From Massalongia carnosa (Eukaryota), in assembly GCA_965645245.1 (NCBI GenBank), contig OZ287074.1, forward strand, positions 1,426,001 to 1,490,000: a stretch of DNA of 64,000 nt, read 5' to 3'. Below the pieces are notes generated by a model. The model worked only from the letters and a program-made list of their open reading frames with translations. It did not search any database and was not told the DNA's origin. Both the position numbers and the translations under genes were made by a program. Shown piece by piece: positions 38,658 to 50,729 of this stretch (position 1 is the first letter of the stretch; each line of letters begins with the position of its first letter).

Positions 38658-39549
38658 ATGGCTTCAAAAGTGAGTGTGTTCTCTGCCCCCCATGGAGTGT
38701 CCTTGTGTAGTGTGTAGCCATGTATACTGATCGCCCGTTGACCAAGTTTCTTCGAGAATACAAGCTTGTGGTGGTGGGTGGTGGAGGGGTGGGGAAATCC
38801 TGCCTCACCATTCAATTGATACAAAGCCATTTCGTGGACGAGTACGATCCAACCATTGAAGGTATGTGAGTTCCGCCAATCTCATGTGACGTAGCTTATC
38901 GTTGTCCATCCTAGACTCGTATCGGAAGCAGTGCGTGATTGATGACGAAGTGGCATTACTCGACGTTTTAGACACAGCTGGCCAAGAAGAATATTCGGCG
39001 ATGCGGGAACAATACATGCATACTGGCGAAGGATTTCTCCTCGTCTACTCGATCAACTCACGACAAAGCTTTGAAGAAATCCTAACGTTCCAACAACAAA
39101 TTCTGAGGGTCAAGGATAAAGATTATTTCCCCATCATAATAATCGGAAACAAGTGTGATTTGGATGGAGAGCGGGTGGTTTCAAGACAAGGTGGGTCATT
39201 GGTTATTCTCGTTCATCTCAACCTCGCTCTCGGAGCCCATGGATGAACCTTTCCATCGTCTTGTCCTCAAGCGCCAAGAAACCAAGCTGACGTTGAACCT
39301 TTAACAATAGAGGGAGAAGATCTTGCCAGACGTTTTGGCTGCGCCTTCATCGAAACCTCGGCCAAATCTCGCATCAACGTTGATAAGGCCTTTTACGACA
39401 TCGTACGTGAAATTCGACGGTACAACAAAGAAATGTCCTCGTATCCGTCCGGAGGCGCCATGTCGGGATCGGGCGGTCTATCGAAGCCGTCAGTCGAGAA
39501 CGAAAAGGGTGATAGGGGCTGCTGCGGGGGAAGCTGCACGATCATGTAA
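38658..39549 (+). CDS. ras1: Ras GTPase (RasA/Ras1); 3 introns
   Basis: [59 protein letters not shown]-terminal GCC (palmitoylation) and CAAX CTIM*. Confidence 0.97.
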
Positions 39550-41342
39550 CGTGAGAGAAATCCGACGATTTCGAGGAGACCAGGAAGGGGTTTTATGTGG
39601 CAGCCATTGAAATAAGCGGAAGCGGGATGCAATAGGCAATAGGCAAGGGGGCTGGCACACACAAGGATATTGGTTGTGGAGGAAAAGGAAACTCGTCAAA
39701 ATCATTTTCCCTCTCCGAGTTTTTTTTTTTGCATCGAGCTTATCATAACCCGTACTTAGAAAGCGGACCGGCGCTGCAGAGATGGAGTTTGATATTTTCC
39801 CCTTCTCTTCTCTATTCTGTCCTATTCTATTCCTTTTCATTTTCATTGGTTTCTCGGTAGTTTGCGCGTGCGTTCCTGCGTGCATCGCATCCCCTGCATA
39901 CTGGCATCAAAGTCGGACCGGATTCGAATCATCTAGGCTTTTTTTCTTTTTTTCCTTTCTTGTCCTGCTATTAGCATGATTTACTATTATTAAACAACCT
40001 ACTACATCTTGGTTAGGATCTATAATCCGGGGAAGGTAGGGGAAAGAAAGGGGGAAAGGAAAAGGAAAAGAGAAACGGGATCGTAGAGGAGAAGATGGGA
40101 ATAGCCATTCATGTAAAGGAGTATGAGTGGGCCGAAAGCCAAAACTGCCCCTCATTTCCTTTTCTTTTTGCTTTTCTCGTCGTACCTTTTTGCGTGACTG
40201 GCTGGGTTATGTATGTAGACGGATGGAATGGTGCGTGGGGGATTTGGGGAGGTTGTTTGTTCCCTGCGTACCTACAGAGTACCTACCTACCTCCCCCTTT
40301 GTACTCCTTTCTTTCTGTACCTCTGCACCACCTACCTACCCATCTCCCTACTCCCCCTTCCCCATTCTATGTACCTAACCTAACCTAACCTATCTACCTA
40401 TTCGTTCGCTAAATTTCCCTCCGATCGCTGTAACTTTCCCTGCCTAGATACCTACCTAGGTACCTACCTCTTTGCTCATCCATCCATTCTATATATCTAT
40501 CTATCTGCATCTCTGTCTGTTTCTTCATTTTTTCTTTGTTCGTTTATGTATGTATGTATTTAGCGATTTGGAGATCTGGAGATCTTTTATTCGTTTGGGT
40601 GTTGAGTTTTTTTTTTTTAAAGGAGTTTTTCAGGTCATGGGATGAGTGAGAAAGACTTAGTTGGGGTTTTGATAACTTCATGTCTTTCTTGTCTTTCTTC
40701 CACTTCTTCCTCTTCCTTCCTAGTCACCCCTCCTCTCTTCTAGACAGGGGAAACAAGTAGCTGACCGACCGACCGACTAACCAACCAACCAACCAACCAA
40801 CTGAGTGCTCGATTGATCGATCGATCGACCTCGCCCTTTTTTTCGTTTTTTTATTCTTCTTTTTTCTTCGGTTGCATTTCAACAAACCAAGAACAAAAAA
40901 AGGACGAGGGGAGATCCTCAAGCTTAGCCTTTTAAGTAAGGAGGGGGCTGGGGTTGGTTAGGTATGGCGGTTTCTTATATTGGGGGGGGGGGGGGGGGGG
41001 GAAGGATGGAAGAGGAAGGGGAAAAGGGAAGGTGATGTGGTTGGGTAAAGTCGGGTGTTTCTTTTGTTATTTAGGGGTTTGGGCTTTTGGACTTTTTGGA
41101 GATGATTGTGATTGGTATCTAGAGATACTTATTGGGGGATCTATCTACAGCGGTCCTTTTCAACATCCATGCGTCATCTCTTTGCTCCTCATGAAAGGGT
41201 TCGAGAGGAAAGATTCACATTCACCGCACCAAATATCCCCGCAACAGAAGAAGAAGAAGAAGCGTTGTCTTCCTTCCCCCTTTCTCAACTTCCCACAAAA
41301 CATACCCCCCTTGCGGAACAAAAGAGAAGGGGAAAAGAAAAA

Positions 41343-43404
41343 TCACCTCTGCATCCCGCCTTCCCCGTAAAACTGCCCCCCCGTATCCGCGAACTGCTGC
41401 ACGTACCCCTCCTCCATCCGGTCCAGATCCATGAACTCGGCGATATCCCCATCGGTAACCCCGCCCTGCTGCCGCGAATCCTCCTCGATCGAAGCCGCGA
41501 GCCCTTCCTGCTCAATCGGAAACACGTTTTCCTCCGGCGGACCGTCGAGCCCTTTGCTGATGCGCATCCCCACAGGAACGGCCCGCCCGAAGGCTTCTAG
41601 ACGGTCGAAATATCGTATTCCCTGCTTCCCTGCCCCGAGTGATGAATCCCCGCGGCCGTTCATCCATTGCCCCACATCACTGATCTCGCCGCGGCGTAGG
41701 TCACGCGTGAAGTCCGCAGCACCGCGCAGGATAGGAAGCAGAACACTCGACTCGTACCACCGGCCCTTGACTTCTGCGATGCCGAGTCGGGCTTGGGACT
41801 GAGTGATTCTCCAGTAGGAAAATGTGCGTTTGGCCGGGATGGTGGCGCGATTGCGATAGTCGAGGTCGGAGCGTAAGCGGTTGGGGAGATGGCGGTTATC
41901 TGGGGGTTCTTGGCCCGGAGTGTGTTGGAGGGTGGCGAAGCGGTAGATGTCGCCGACGACATGGATGCTTGCCGAGGAGGAGTTGGTGGATCCTGGTTTC
42001 AATTTTTCAATAATATGATGCAAAATCATAATATCATGGCCGTTTCCAATGCGGAGCCGGATGGGCTCGCCAACCCAGATTTTCTCGCCGCCAAAGTAGA
42101 TGCCTGCGTAGGTGCGCTCTCCGGTCGCTACGGTGTTGTTGCTGAGGGGTTCAATCAAGGTAAAGCTTTCGTCAATTGCCTTTGCCGCGAATATGCTGCC
42201 GTCAACCTCTGCGTCCCCGAGCCCGTATCGTCCTTCTGTGACGGCTTTCCAGTCGATAGAATTAAAGGCTAGACCAGTTGCCGACAGAGCTTGATGAGTC
42301 GGAGCTGGCGCGCTCCACGCAAGCCATGGGCGCAACAAGTCCTCCTGGGCAATAATTCTCATGGCTGGGTGGCTGAAAGGATGAGAAAGCGGCTGTAGTA
42401 AATATTTAGGCCGATCTTGATGTCTTTGATCCTTGAAGAGATCTCGTTTAACGATGACAGCAAGACCCCATGCGCTGCCTCTGTTAAACCATACCAGCTC
42501 TCCTGGCCGGAAGAGGTACTTGTTGTATTGTCCATCTTGATCTTGCTCGAATCTTTGAGCCGGGGCCAAGAACGTGGGTTTTATCACGGGAGGTGTGGCA
42601 ACTGGTAGAGGCGCAGCAACAGGAGCACGAGGAGCTTGAATAGGGGCGACTGGAGTGGTAACTTTTGGGGTGGGTTTTGGCACATTATCTTGAGAAACCG
42701 AGCTTTTAGGAATTACAACCACCGGATTTGTACCAAGGGTTCCAGTCTTAGCCAAGAGGCTGTCCTTTCTGATAGGAAGGTCCTCATTTTTCACTTCCTC
42801 AATTTTCATCTTGCCAGGCTTGTCGAAAACCTGTATATCTTCTGGCGCGCAGATTTTACAGGTGCAATTGTCTGGATCCCCGCTCTCATCGGTGGCGAGC
42901 CATAACACATGTGGAAAGAAATCCGCCGGGCTCCTGAAGCGTTTTTTGCGGCCCTGGGGGTGGCCATATAAGTAGGCATCTTAACCACCGTTAGAACCCT
43001 ATGCATGATCCTTAAATGATTTTAACAACTCGCCAGTGATTTCCGAAGTGGTAAACTTCACATGCTCATACAAGCGATAATTCTCTGGCAAAGCCGCCAA
43101 TATATAATGTCTATCTGAGTTCAGTCAGCATCACGGCTTCAACCAAAATGTGGTTTAAATCACCTTGCTGCTCCTTTCCACCAATTTCTCTCATTAACAT
43201 TCCCCCTAGCTTTCGTCTCCAGTCCACTTCTTTTGCATCACCCACCTCAAGCTCTTTGTAATAGTCACTTACGCCTTTTGCATCCGGTCGCTCGTCTAGC
43301 TGGGCTTCTGTGGGGGCGTTGACTTCTCTTTTTCTAGTTTTGGAAGACATAATCTCGAGTTTCCCATCCGAACGACTCAGGTACAATGGGAAATATGGAG
43401 CCAT
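41343..43404 (-). CDS. clr2: Cryptic loci regulator Clr2 (heterochromatin silencing, SHREC-type); 2 predicted introns
   Basis: RSDG, DWRRKLGGML, LPENYRLYEH, DAYLYGHP.GRKKRFRSPADFFPHVLWL, C.CKIC, FRPGELVWF, GIYFGGEKIWVGEPIR, VKGRWY. Confidence 0.88.
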
Positions 43405-43932
43405 CTTGCGAATAAATGTACGGGCGATTTCAATTATACTAACGGCTTCGGATGATTGTGCATGGCTGGAATTTCCGTTGTTGTTTTTGAATCACCACAG
43501 AAATGCATAATCATTTGATCATTCATATGATATATGACTTGATGTCAACGCACACACGGCACTTTACCAGAAGACACAATGTGATCTCAGGAGCTGGTTC
43601 TACGTCTGTGTTACTGTTTGGTGACAAAGCACGACCTACACTTTTTATATGTATCAAAGATACCGTACCAAACCTGGTCACGTGAAGCCAATCGGAATAT
43701 CTCCTTTCCGAGATTCTTCCCAAGATCTAGTCACCTAGTTACTTCTTGGTGGGAGAGTTTACTTTGAATGTCGATCAATGTTACAACAATTAGTCCGATA
43801 GACTGAAGCTCTATTTGGAAAAGCTATGGGTATTCAGTGGCACACTCAATGAGTGATTACTATACATTCCATTACCGCTGCTGAAGGCCTGCGCTGGCGT
43901 CAAAATCCCCATGAAATCATTGAGGAGCCAGG

Positions 43933-46900
43933 CTATGCTCTCCCTAATCTTTTAGAAGGCGTGGTTGCAAAAGGATCCAAGGGAGCCTTGCGTTTTCGTG
44001 AGGCGGAGCTTGTGGAGGGATCTATTGATTTGAGCTGCGGAGTCGAAAGTCCCGAACTGTCCCAGGTGGTCGCATCCGTAAGGGATTCGGCCCGGCTTGG
44101 TGGTAGCATAGGTTTTTTCGTGACTTCCGCAGCAGCTGCGAGTAACGCCTGGTCCTTCATTGCTTCATCATATTGCTGGTCATACTGTCGCGCCATGTTC
44201 TCGCAAAACTCTCGGGAGCCAGGCTGCTCTGCATGATGATCCTTGCAGTTTGGACAATGAATGAAAAAAGCTTGAGTGACGGAAGGAAAGCCAAGCAGTT
44301 CGAACTCTTTCAGGTTTTCGCCAATGAGCTCCGTTTTGTCCCAATCGAGGCAGTCCTCGCAGTAGCCGCGTTCACACCAGCGACAACGAAATATCATGCC
44401 TCCAGCGTCAGAAGTTTTCTGCTCGCAATCAACGCATTGGTGCTGAGGACAGTTGAAATTAATCTTTCCACAGGAACGGGCTTTGAAATCCTTGTCAAGG
44501 CACTGATAATGATAGGACCTTGGGCAGCCGGAGCAGAGAACGAGATCTCCTCCATCCCAACATACTTGACATTGCTGGAGAATGTCAACCGCACGTCACA
44601 CGTAGATTCGTAGGCGCTTACATACCTCTTGATTGACTATTGTGGGCTTTTTCTCCCGTTTTGGCTCAGCCAGCCGTGGATCCTTGCCCGCAAAAGTAGG
44701 TACGGCTTCCCAGTCACCGCAAAGCATGCTCTCCTTACTGACAGCGTAGCCATCGACCATGACTGTGGTGTTCTTCCCTTTTCTTCTTTCTTCTCTTGCC
44801 CATTCTCGCTGAATGTCCCCATATGTCCCAGGATCCTTCACTTTCGTGTAGCGCTTGCCCTGAAAGACTCGAGACTCTACCTGCTCCATCTGTGCAAGCC
44901 ATTTCTTCTCGTCTTCTTCCTTTATTGAAGCATTGGTCTGTGTCTGCTCAGACACAAGAATGTCTGCGGGTTTGTCTTTACACCTTTTCAGCATCGTAGG
45001 CCAATCCCAACCCAGCATTTCGTCTACGTCAAGCTCAGGATGTGCGAGAGCCTGAGCACCTCTACGGACCAATGACATCAGTTGACTTGTATCGAGTTGA
45101 GGCATTTCATCATCAGCCGCCGTGCTGACTCGACCACCAGGGCCTTTCTTTTTCAGCTTGGGTGGCGTTTGTGAATGAATGTCTCTCATGCTTTCTGTCA
45201 CCTTTGCAGAAAGGTACAGTTTCTTTTGAATTCGGCCTATCATTTGCTCCTCTACTGTACCTTGTGTGCAAAGCTTATACACAGTTACGGGCTTAGTCTG
45301 TCCAATGCGATGAGCTCGAGCTTCTGCTTGCAACATAATCTGAGGGTTCCAATCCCTGTAAAACAAAAATTAGCTTTCCCCTAGAAATAGGCTGTATACC
45401 CGGACTTACTGGTCAAGCATGATCACATCAGAAGCCGTCGCCAAGTTTATGCCTAACCCGCCAGCGCGTGTTGAGATGAGCATGACACGATAGGCTGAAT
45501 GCTCTTGGTTGAACATGCGTATTCCAAGGTTTCGTCGTGCTCTTCCTGTCGCTCCATCAAGTCTCACATACTGGAATTGGTCCCCATTTCCACCGCGAAG
45601 AGCTAAGAAATCTTCACAGCAATCTAGCATCTTGGTAAAGCCTGAGAAAATAAGTACCTTCTTCTTCTGTCTTACAACAAGCTCGTTGATAATCTTATCA
45701 AGTAGAATGAACTTTGCGGACGCATGAATAATGTGGTCGCCGAGGTAATACGGATCAGGCTCTGCGTGTGGCAAGAGATAAGGATGGTTGCAGCACTGCT
45801 ATCTTCAGCAAATGGTACGGAACATGATGAGAACCACAAAATACCTTTCTAAGCTGCATGAGCAGATTCATGAGCTTTTTCCAAGCGGACTTCTTACTTT
45901 CATCCTGTTGCTCCTGCTCGATGGCCTGTCTCATGATGGCCTTGCTTTCCTCCCACTCACCAATAGCAGTCCCTCCATGACCACCCTCCAGCGCTTCTAA
46001 ATCCTTGATATCCTTTTGCGTCCAAACTGTCCTGCTTTGATCTTCTTGCTGGAGGGCTTCTGCCTCTTTTTCTTGGGCCCCTTGAAACAATTCTTCGAGA
46101 AGCCCATGATCAGCACGGGTCAGTAATCTAGTGTACCAGAACCTCTGCATCGGAGTCAGAGGTACGAAAAGAAGAACATCGGTTTTGGGTGGGAGGTTTA
46201 GGTCCACTCCCGGGCTATTCTTCATTCGCCGGAGCATGACGAGTTCCAACAAACGTCGCGCATCGTCCATGACTTTTGTGCTGACTTGGCCACGGGTAAG
46301 ATCGAAAGCTTTCTTAAAGAGTTCTGCTGTCTTCTCGGTAAAAACCTCGGGATACAACCAACGAAGCAATGCCCAGAGCTCCACAAGATTATTCTGCAAT
46401 GGCGTGCCAGTAAGAATCAAACGATATTCGGCCCCGAGACCTTGCAACGATTTGGAAATTAGGCTAAGGTCATTCTTTATTTTATGTCCCTCGTCTAAAA
46501 CCACATAACTCCAGACGAAAGCTCGTTTGAACCAATTTTGCTCAGCCTGAAAGCCTTCATAAGTGGTAACAATAAGATCGACCCCACGTTCATCAACAAG
46601 CTCGTCAGGCTCGGAGTCTAGATCTATGACTTGTTTGCCTGTTGCAGCGCGGCGATCATTCCTCTTTCGGCGCGCATTTACGGTCTCGTTACCGTACATG
46701 TCTTCCTCTCCTGTGGCTATCCTCTTTAGACGAGCACGCTCACGAACGGGGCCATGGAATCTCAAGACTTTCAACTCGGGGGTCCAACGGCGAGACTCAG
46801 CCATCCAGGAACTGAGAACGCTAAGTGGACACACAACTAGGCAAGGACGAAGTTCGTCTTTGGCTCCTGATTTTTTTCGGTTTTCCTTCAGGTACTGGAC

Positions 46901-47829
46901 TAATGATAGAGTCTGCAACGTCTTACCCAGTCCCATCTCATCTCCGAGGATTCCGCTTACACCATTCTTGTACAAATATACAAGAAATGATAGGCCAGAC
47001 AACTGGTATGGCTTCATTTTGGCTTTTACACTGTAAATGAGTTAATAAGGACTGTACGTAGAAGGTGAGTTCATGCATACCCGATGGGTTGGTGCTTAAG
47101 TGCTTCATATGGGACACTGAGATATTTCTCGCCTTCCTTGGTTTTGCTTCGCTCTTCTACAAGCCGTGTAATATGATTTTTATCTGGTAGCAAAGGTAAA
47201 AAATAGTCTTTCTTGGCCACAAAAAAACTGCCTCTTCTTCTGGCTGTTTCCGTTGCGATTTCGTTTCTTATCTCGTTGCGTGCTGTCTTGGGCAAAGTTA
47301 TGGCTTCTTCGTCTAGGATAACATTTGATTTTCTCGAGGTTTTTTTTGAGATTTTTCGTCTCTTGATTCGCGGTTTGTCCGCATTTTCTTGAGCACGTAA
47401 CGACCTATTTATGTCTTGGTGTTGTCGTAGAGAATGTCCAGCAGAGGAGAGACGGGGGGCAGGAGTCTTGGCAGGCTCAATCTCAGATTCTTCCTCTTCC
47501 TCTTCATATTCCATAAACTTGCCTCTGTGAGACTTTTGCGGAGTTGAAAAAGTAGAACCAGCAGCAGATGGCGATTCTAGGCTGTCAGAATCATCTGAAA
47601 TCTGATAGGTAACTCGCTCCTTTCGGCGCGTAGGCCGTTTGTCTGACATGGTAATGGGAAACCTTAATGGAGAGACCCATGGCTGGGGTTCTGCCTTGCG
47701 CTGCCCTTTGGGAGAGAAGGCAGCCAGTAACTCAGAAGCCGTGGTTTTTCCAGAAAGATGGATCTTAGGAGGTGACAACTTTTCCGCACCAGGTGCGAAT
47801 TGCTTTGGTAAGGAAGATTGAGTAGTCAT
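43933..47829 (-). CDS. SNF2-family chromatin-remodelling ATPase with C-terminal PHD/Cys-His fingers; 4 introns
   Basis: ILGDEMGLGKTLQ, VLDEGH, LTGTPLQNNLVELW, QLRKCCNHPY, STRAGGLGINL, QAEARAHRIGQ; last exon CQVCWDGGDLVLCSGCPRSYH..C, CPQHQCVDC, CRWC..GYCEDC. Confidence 0.92.
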
Positions 47830-48334
47830 CGTGAACTAATGTAAGATTCCAAGGTTAGCAAAAAAATTGATAAATGCGATTAGGGTCAGAAGACTCAAAT
47901 GAAGGTATTCTCCTGTGGTAAACCAGGAATTTTGCACCTTCCTTACCTTTGTCCTACATAGTTTCTCTCTGATGAGAAAGCCAGCGCGCCAAATGTATGT
48001 TCTAGAAAAGAGTGCGTTTTAACAAGAAGAACTGAAATGGTGTTTATGGAACATAACTTGTTATTACCAATGTCGCAAAGCATGGAAGAATTGTTGTACA
48101 GACTCCTTTAGGCTGCAATCGCCAGGGGTTTTAGGGCTAAGGCGCGTCGTAAATTTTGGCGCGTTCCAATTTTGCAGCTTGCGCTAATTTTAATTAAAGT
48201 TATCTTATCTTAATATCTTCTCAGTTTATTTATGAGAAGGTACTTTTACTTAATGGAATTAGAGTTCGCACTGGAGTTCTCTTGCTTGGTGTCTTTCTAT
48301 TGTACTTGAACCTCTAGCACCGATAATTGCTCTT

Positions 48335-49134
48335 ATGGCAGTTCCTAAACACATTGCGCATACTCTTCTCCTGAATGCTCATTCTCCTGAAGTCGCGTCG
48401 GCCATCTTCACGGATAAAGTCCTCCACAAGCCGCTGCGCCTTCGGCCCACCTCTCCCGATCCCACATCCCAAGATGCGCGGGCCCACCGCCGCCTACTCC
48501 GTCTTCGCAAGAAGGAAAAGTCACAGCGACGTCAGAAGCCCAAGCCTCTATCAGCGAAAGAGAAGCGCATAACCGGCATCTATGACATTCCGGAAAACGC
48601 ACGGAAGTACGAGATTTATGTGCCCCTGCATAGAATGTGGATTGGGTACATGTGGGAGATCTTGGGGATGACGGAGGGTAAAGGAACTTACGTGACAGCT
48701 CAAAGTGCGGGTAGCAAACTGGCAAGCGCCGATTATCATGGATCTAAGATGACAGTCGTGCGGAGCAGGTGTTCTGGGCTGGTGGGTCTAGCGGGGATTG
48801 TGGTTCGGGACACTAAGTTCACGTTCCAGATTATTACTAAGAAGAATGAGCTGAAAAGTGAGTGCTTGAATATGGCTTGAAATCTAGCACCATATGAACA
48901 CGTGCTAATGATAGAATAGCGATCCCAAAGAGGCATACCATTTTTCGATTTGAAGTAGACCAGCCTGCGGCATCGGACGAAAGTACTCAACATCAACTTA
49001 ACGGGAGTGCGAACGAGTCTACTACCCAAGTTTCGCATGCTTTGGTATTCGAACTGCATGGATCACAGTTCGAGAACAGAGCAACGGATCGAGCCACAAA
49101 GAAGTTCAAACAGAGGAATTTGTCGGATTTGTAG
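48335..49134 (+). CDS. POP4: RNase P/MRP subunit p29; 1 intron
   Basis: KPLSAKEKR, Y.PLH.MWIGY, KLASADYHGS..TVVRSRC...VGL.GIVVRDTKFTF, IPK..TIFRF, ELHGSQFENRATDRATKKFK. Confidence 0.92.
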
Positions 49135-49192
49135 AGGACTTCGATTTATACTGTGCAACTCTTACAAAATTCACCACCCCAATAAATGTATA

Positions 49193-50385
49193 TCAAACCT
49201 CTCCTGTAATGATTCCCAATTTTGAAGAGATCAAGTCTAAACGAAAATTATCAATCAACCTAATCGTCGACGTTCCGCCACCAAGCCCAACATCCTCTCC
49301 CTCAGGCGGATCTTCGACTGGGAGGATCTTAATCGCACCGCTCAGAATAGCCCCGTCCTCTGCAGTCACTTCCTCAAGCTCGGTCAGCATTTTGGGATCA
49401 GCTATTGAAATATAATCAACGTCAAACAACGCACGTTCTGATGGAGGTAGACTGCGCTGCTGTTCCTTCACTGCGGACATTAGTTCGAAAGCCGGCGCGA
49501 GCAAGTCCTCCCTCTTCCTTTTCCCCTTGGCAAAAGCTTTCTGGGTAGCCTTCAGCGCCGCTAAGAGAACAGGCGCAACTGCTCGCCTACGTTTCCCCAG
49601 AAATACATTACGTGAGCTCATCGCCAAGCCATCTTCCTCTCTGACCGTAAGACATACCCGGACTTCTGTGTCAAGATGAAAGTCTTCCACCATCCGCTTG
49701 ACGACATAAGTTTGCTGGATGTCTTTTTGTCCAAAATATACTCTTTCCGGCTGCACTATGTTCAGGAGCTTCATGCAAACAGTGGCAACCCCCCTAAAGA
49801 AAACTGGCCTTGAAGCACCTTCAAGAATATTTGATATAGGGGTGATTGTCACGAAAGACCCATAGCCGTTGATCTCAGATGTAGGTGGCAGCCCAGGATA
49901 CATTTTATCAGTACTCGGTGCGAACACAGTCGAGAGTTGGCCCTTATAGTCATCATGTCTGAATTCATCGGCCAGCCTCAAGAGTTTTGTTTGATCCGCT
50001 ACCCAGGTCCTCGGGTATGAGCTAAGGTCTTCGTTAACCCCAAATTGGGTAGGGTTGACATAGATTGACACGTAAACTCGAGAATTTTCCCTTGCAGCTT
50101 GACGGATTAAGGCAAGATGTCCTTGGTGCAATGCCCCCATGGTTGGCACGAAGCCCACGGTCTGGTTCGTAAGGAGATCATAACGACGCCTTGCACGGAG
50201 ACTCTTGATGCTAGTTATATTTTGGTAGCCATTCGGTTTCGGCAACACTAGCTCTTGAATTTCCTTCATAGCATTGGCCATCTTGGCAGTATTGGTGACT
50301 TCTAATCAAGAATTAGCTTTGAGGTACTTTCAAGGACGATCTGATTACCTCGGATCCGGCGGATATGTATATAGGGCGTACGCAT
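49193..50385 (-). CDS. PAN6: Pantoate--beta-alanine ligase (pantothenate synthetase)
   Basis: VGFVPTMGALHQGH, SIYVNPTQFG, LEGASRP.FFRGVATV, FGQKDIQQ, GLAMSSRN, RLIDN. A short first exon from 50385 is inferred (phase-1 intron); an alternative start is at 50281. Confidence 0.93.
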
Positions 50386-50729
50386 GTTCAGTCATGAGAT
50401 TGTTACGTTACTGTAGTTAGAACAGGTGCTCGATTAGTTCAAGGGTTTTGTTGATCCGCTTGAACATTCCTCGGATTCGAAACTCCTTGAAGTCTCGCGT
50501 TAAAGCTATATTGGTCATTATAAGTCACCCTGTTCGCCAACGGAGCAATCAGATTTTGGCAACTGCAGCGTTGATTTGGTGATAACCTACCCATTTCAGT
50601 CTAGCGTCATTTAACTTGGCATTACTTCGTATTCGTATTAAAGTTCATGTATTTTCCTCGATATGTAAAGTTTTCACACCATGCCAAACCCAAACTGCCA
50701 ACGACCAGTGCACCAAATCCAACGATGTA

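Noticed and set aside
38051..38710. 219-aa ORF overlapping the ras1 start
   Set aside because: No domain-like character; it spans the pyrimidine-rich promoter/5' UTR and the first intron. At most a uORF.
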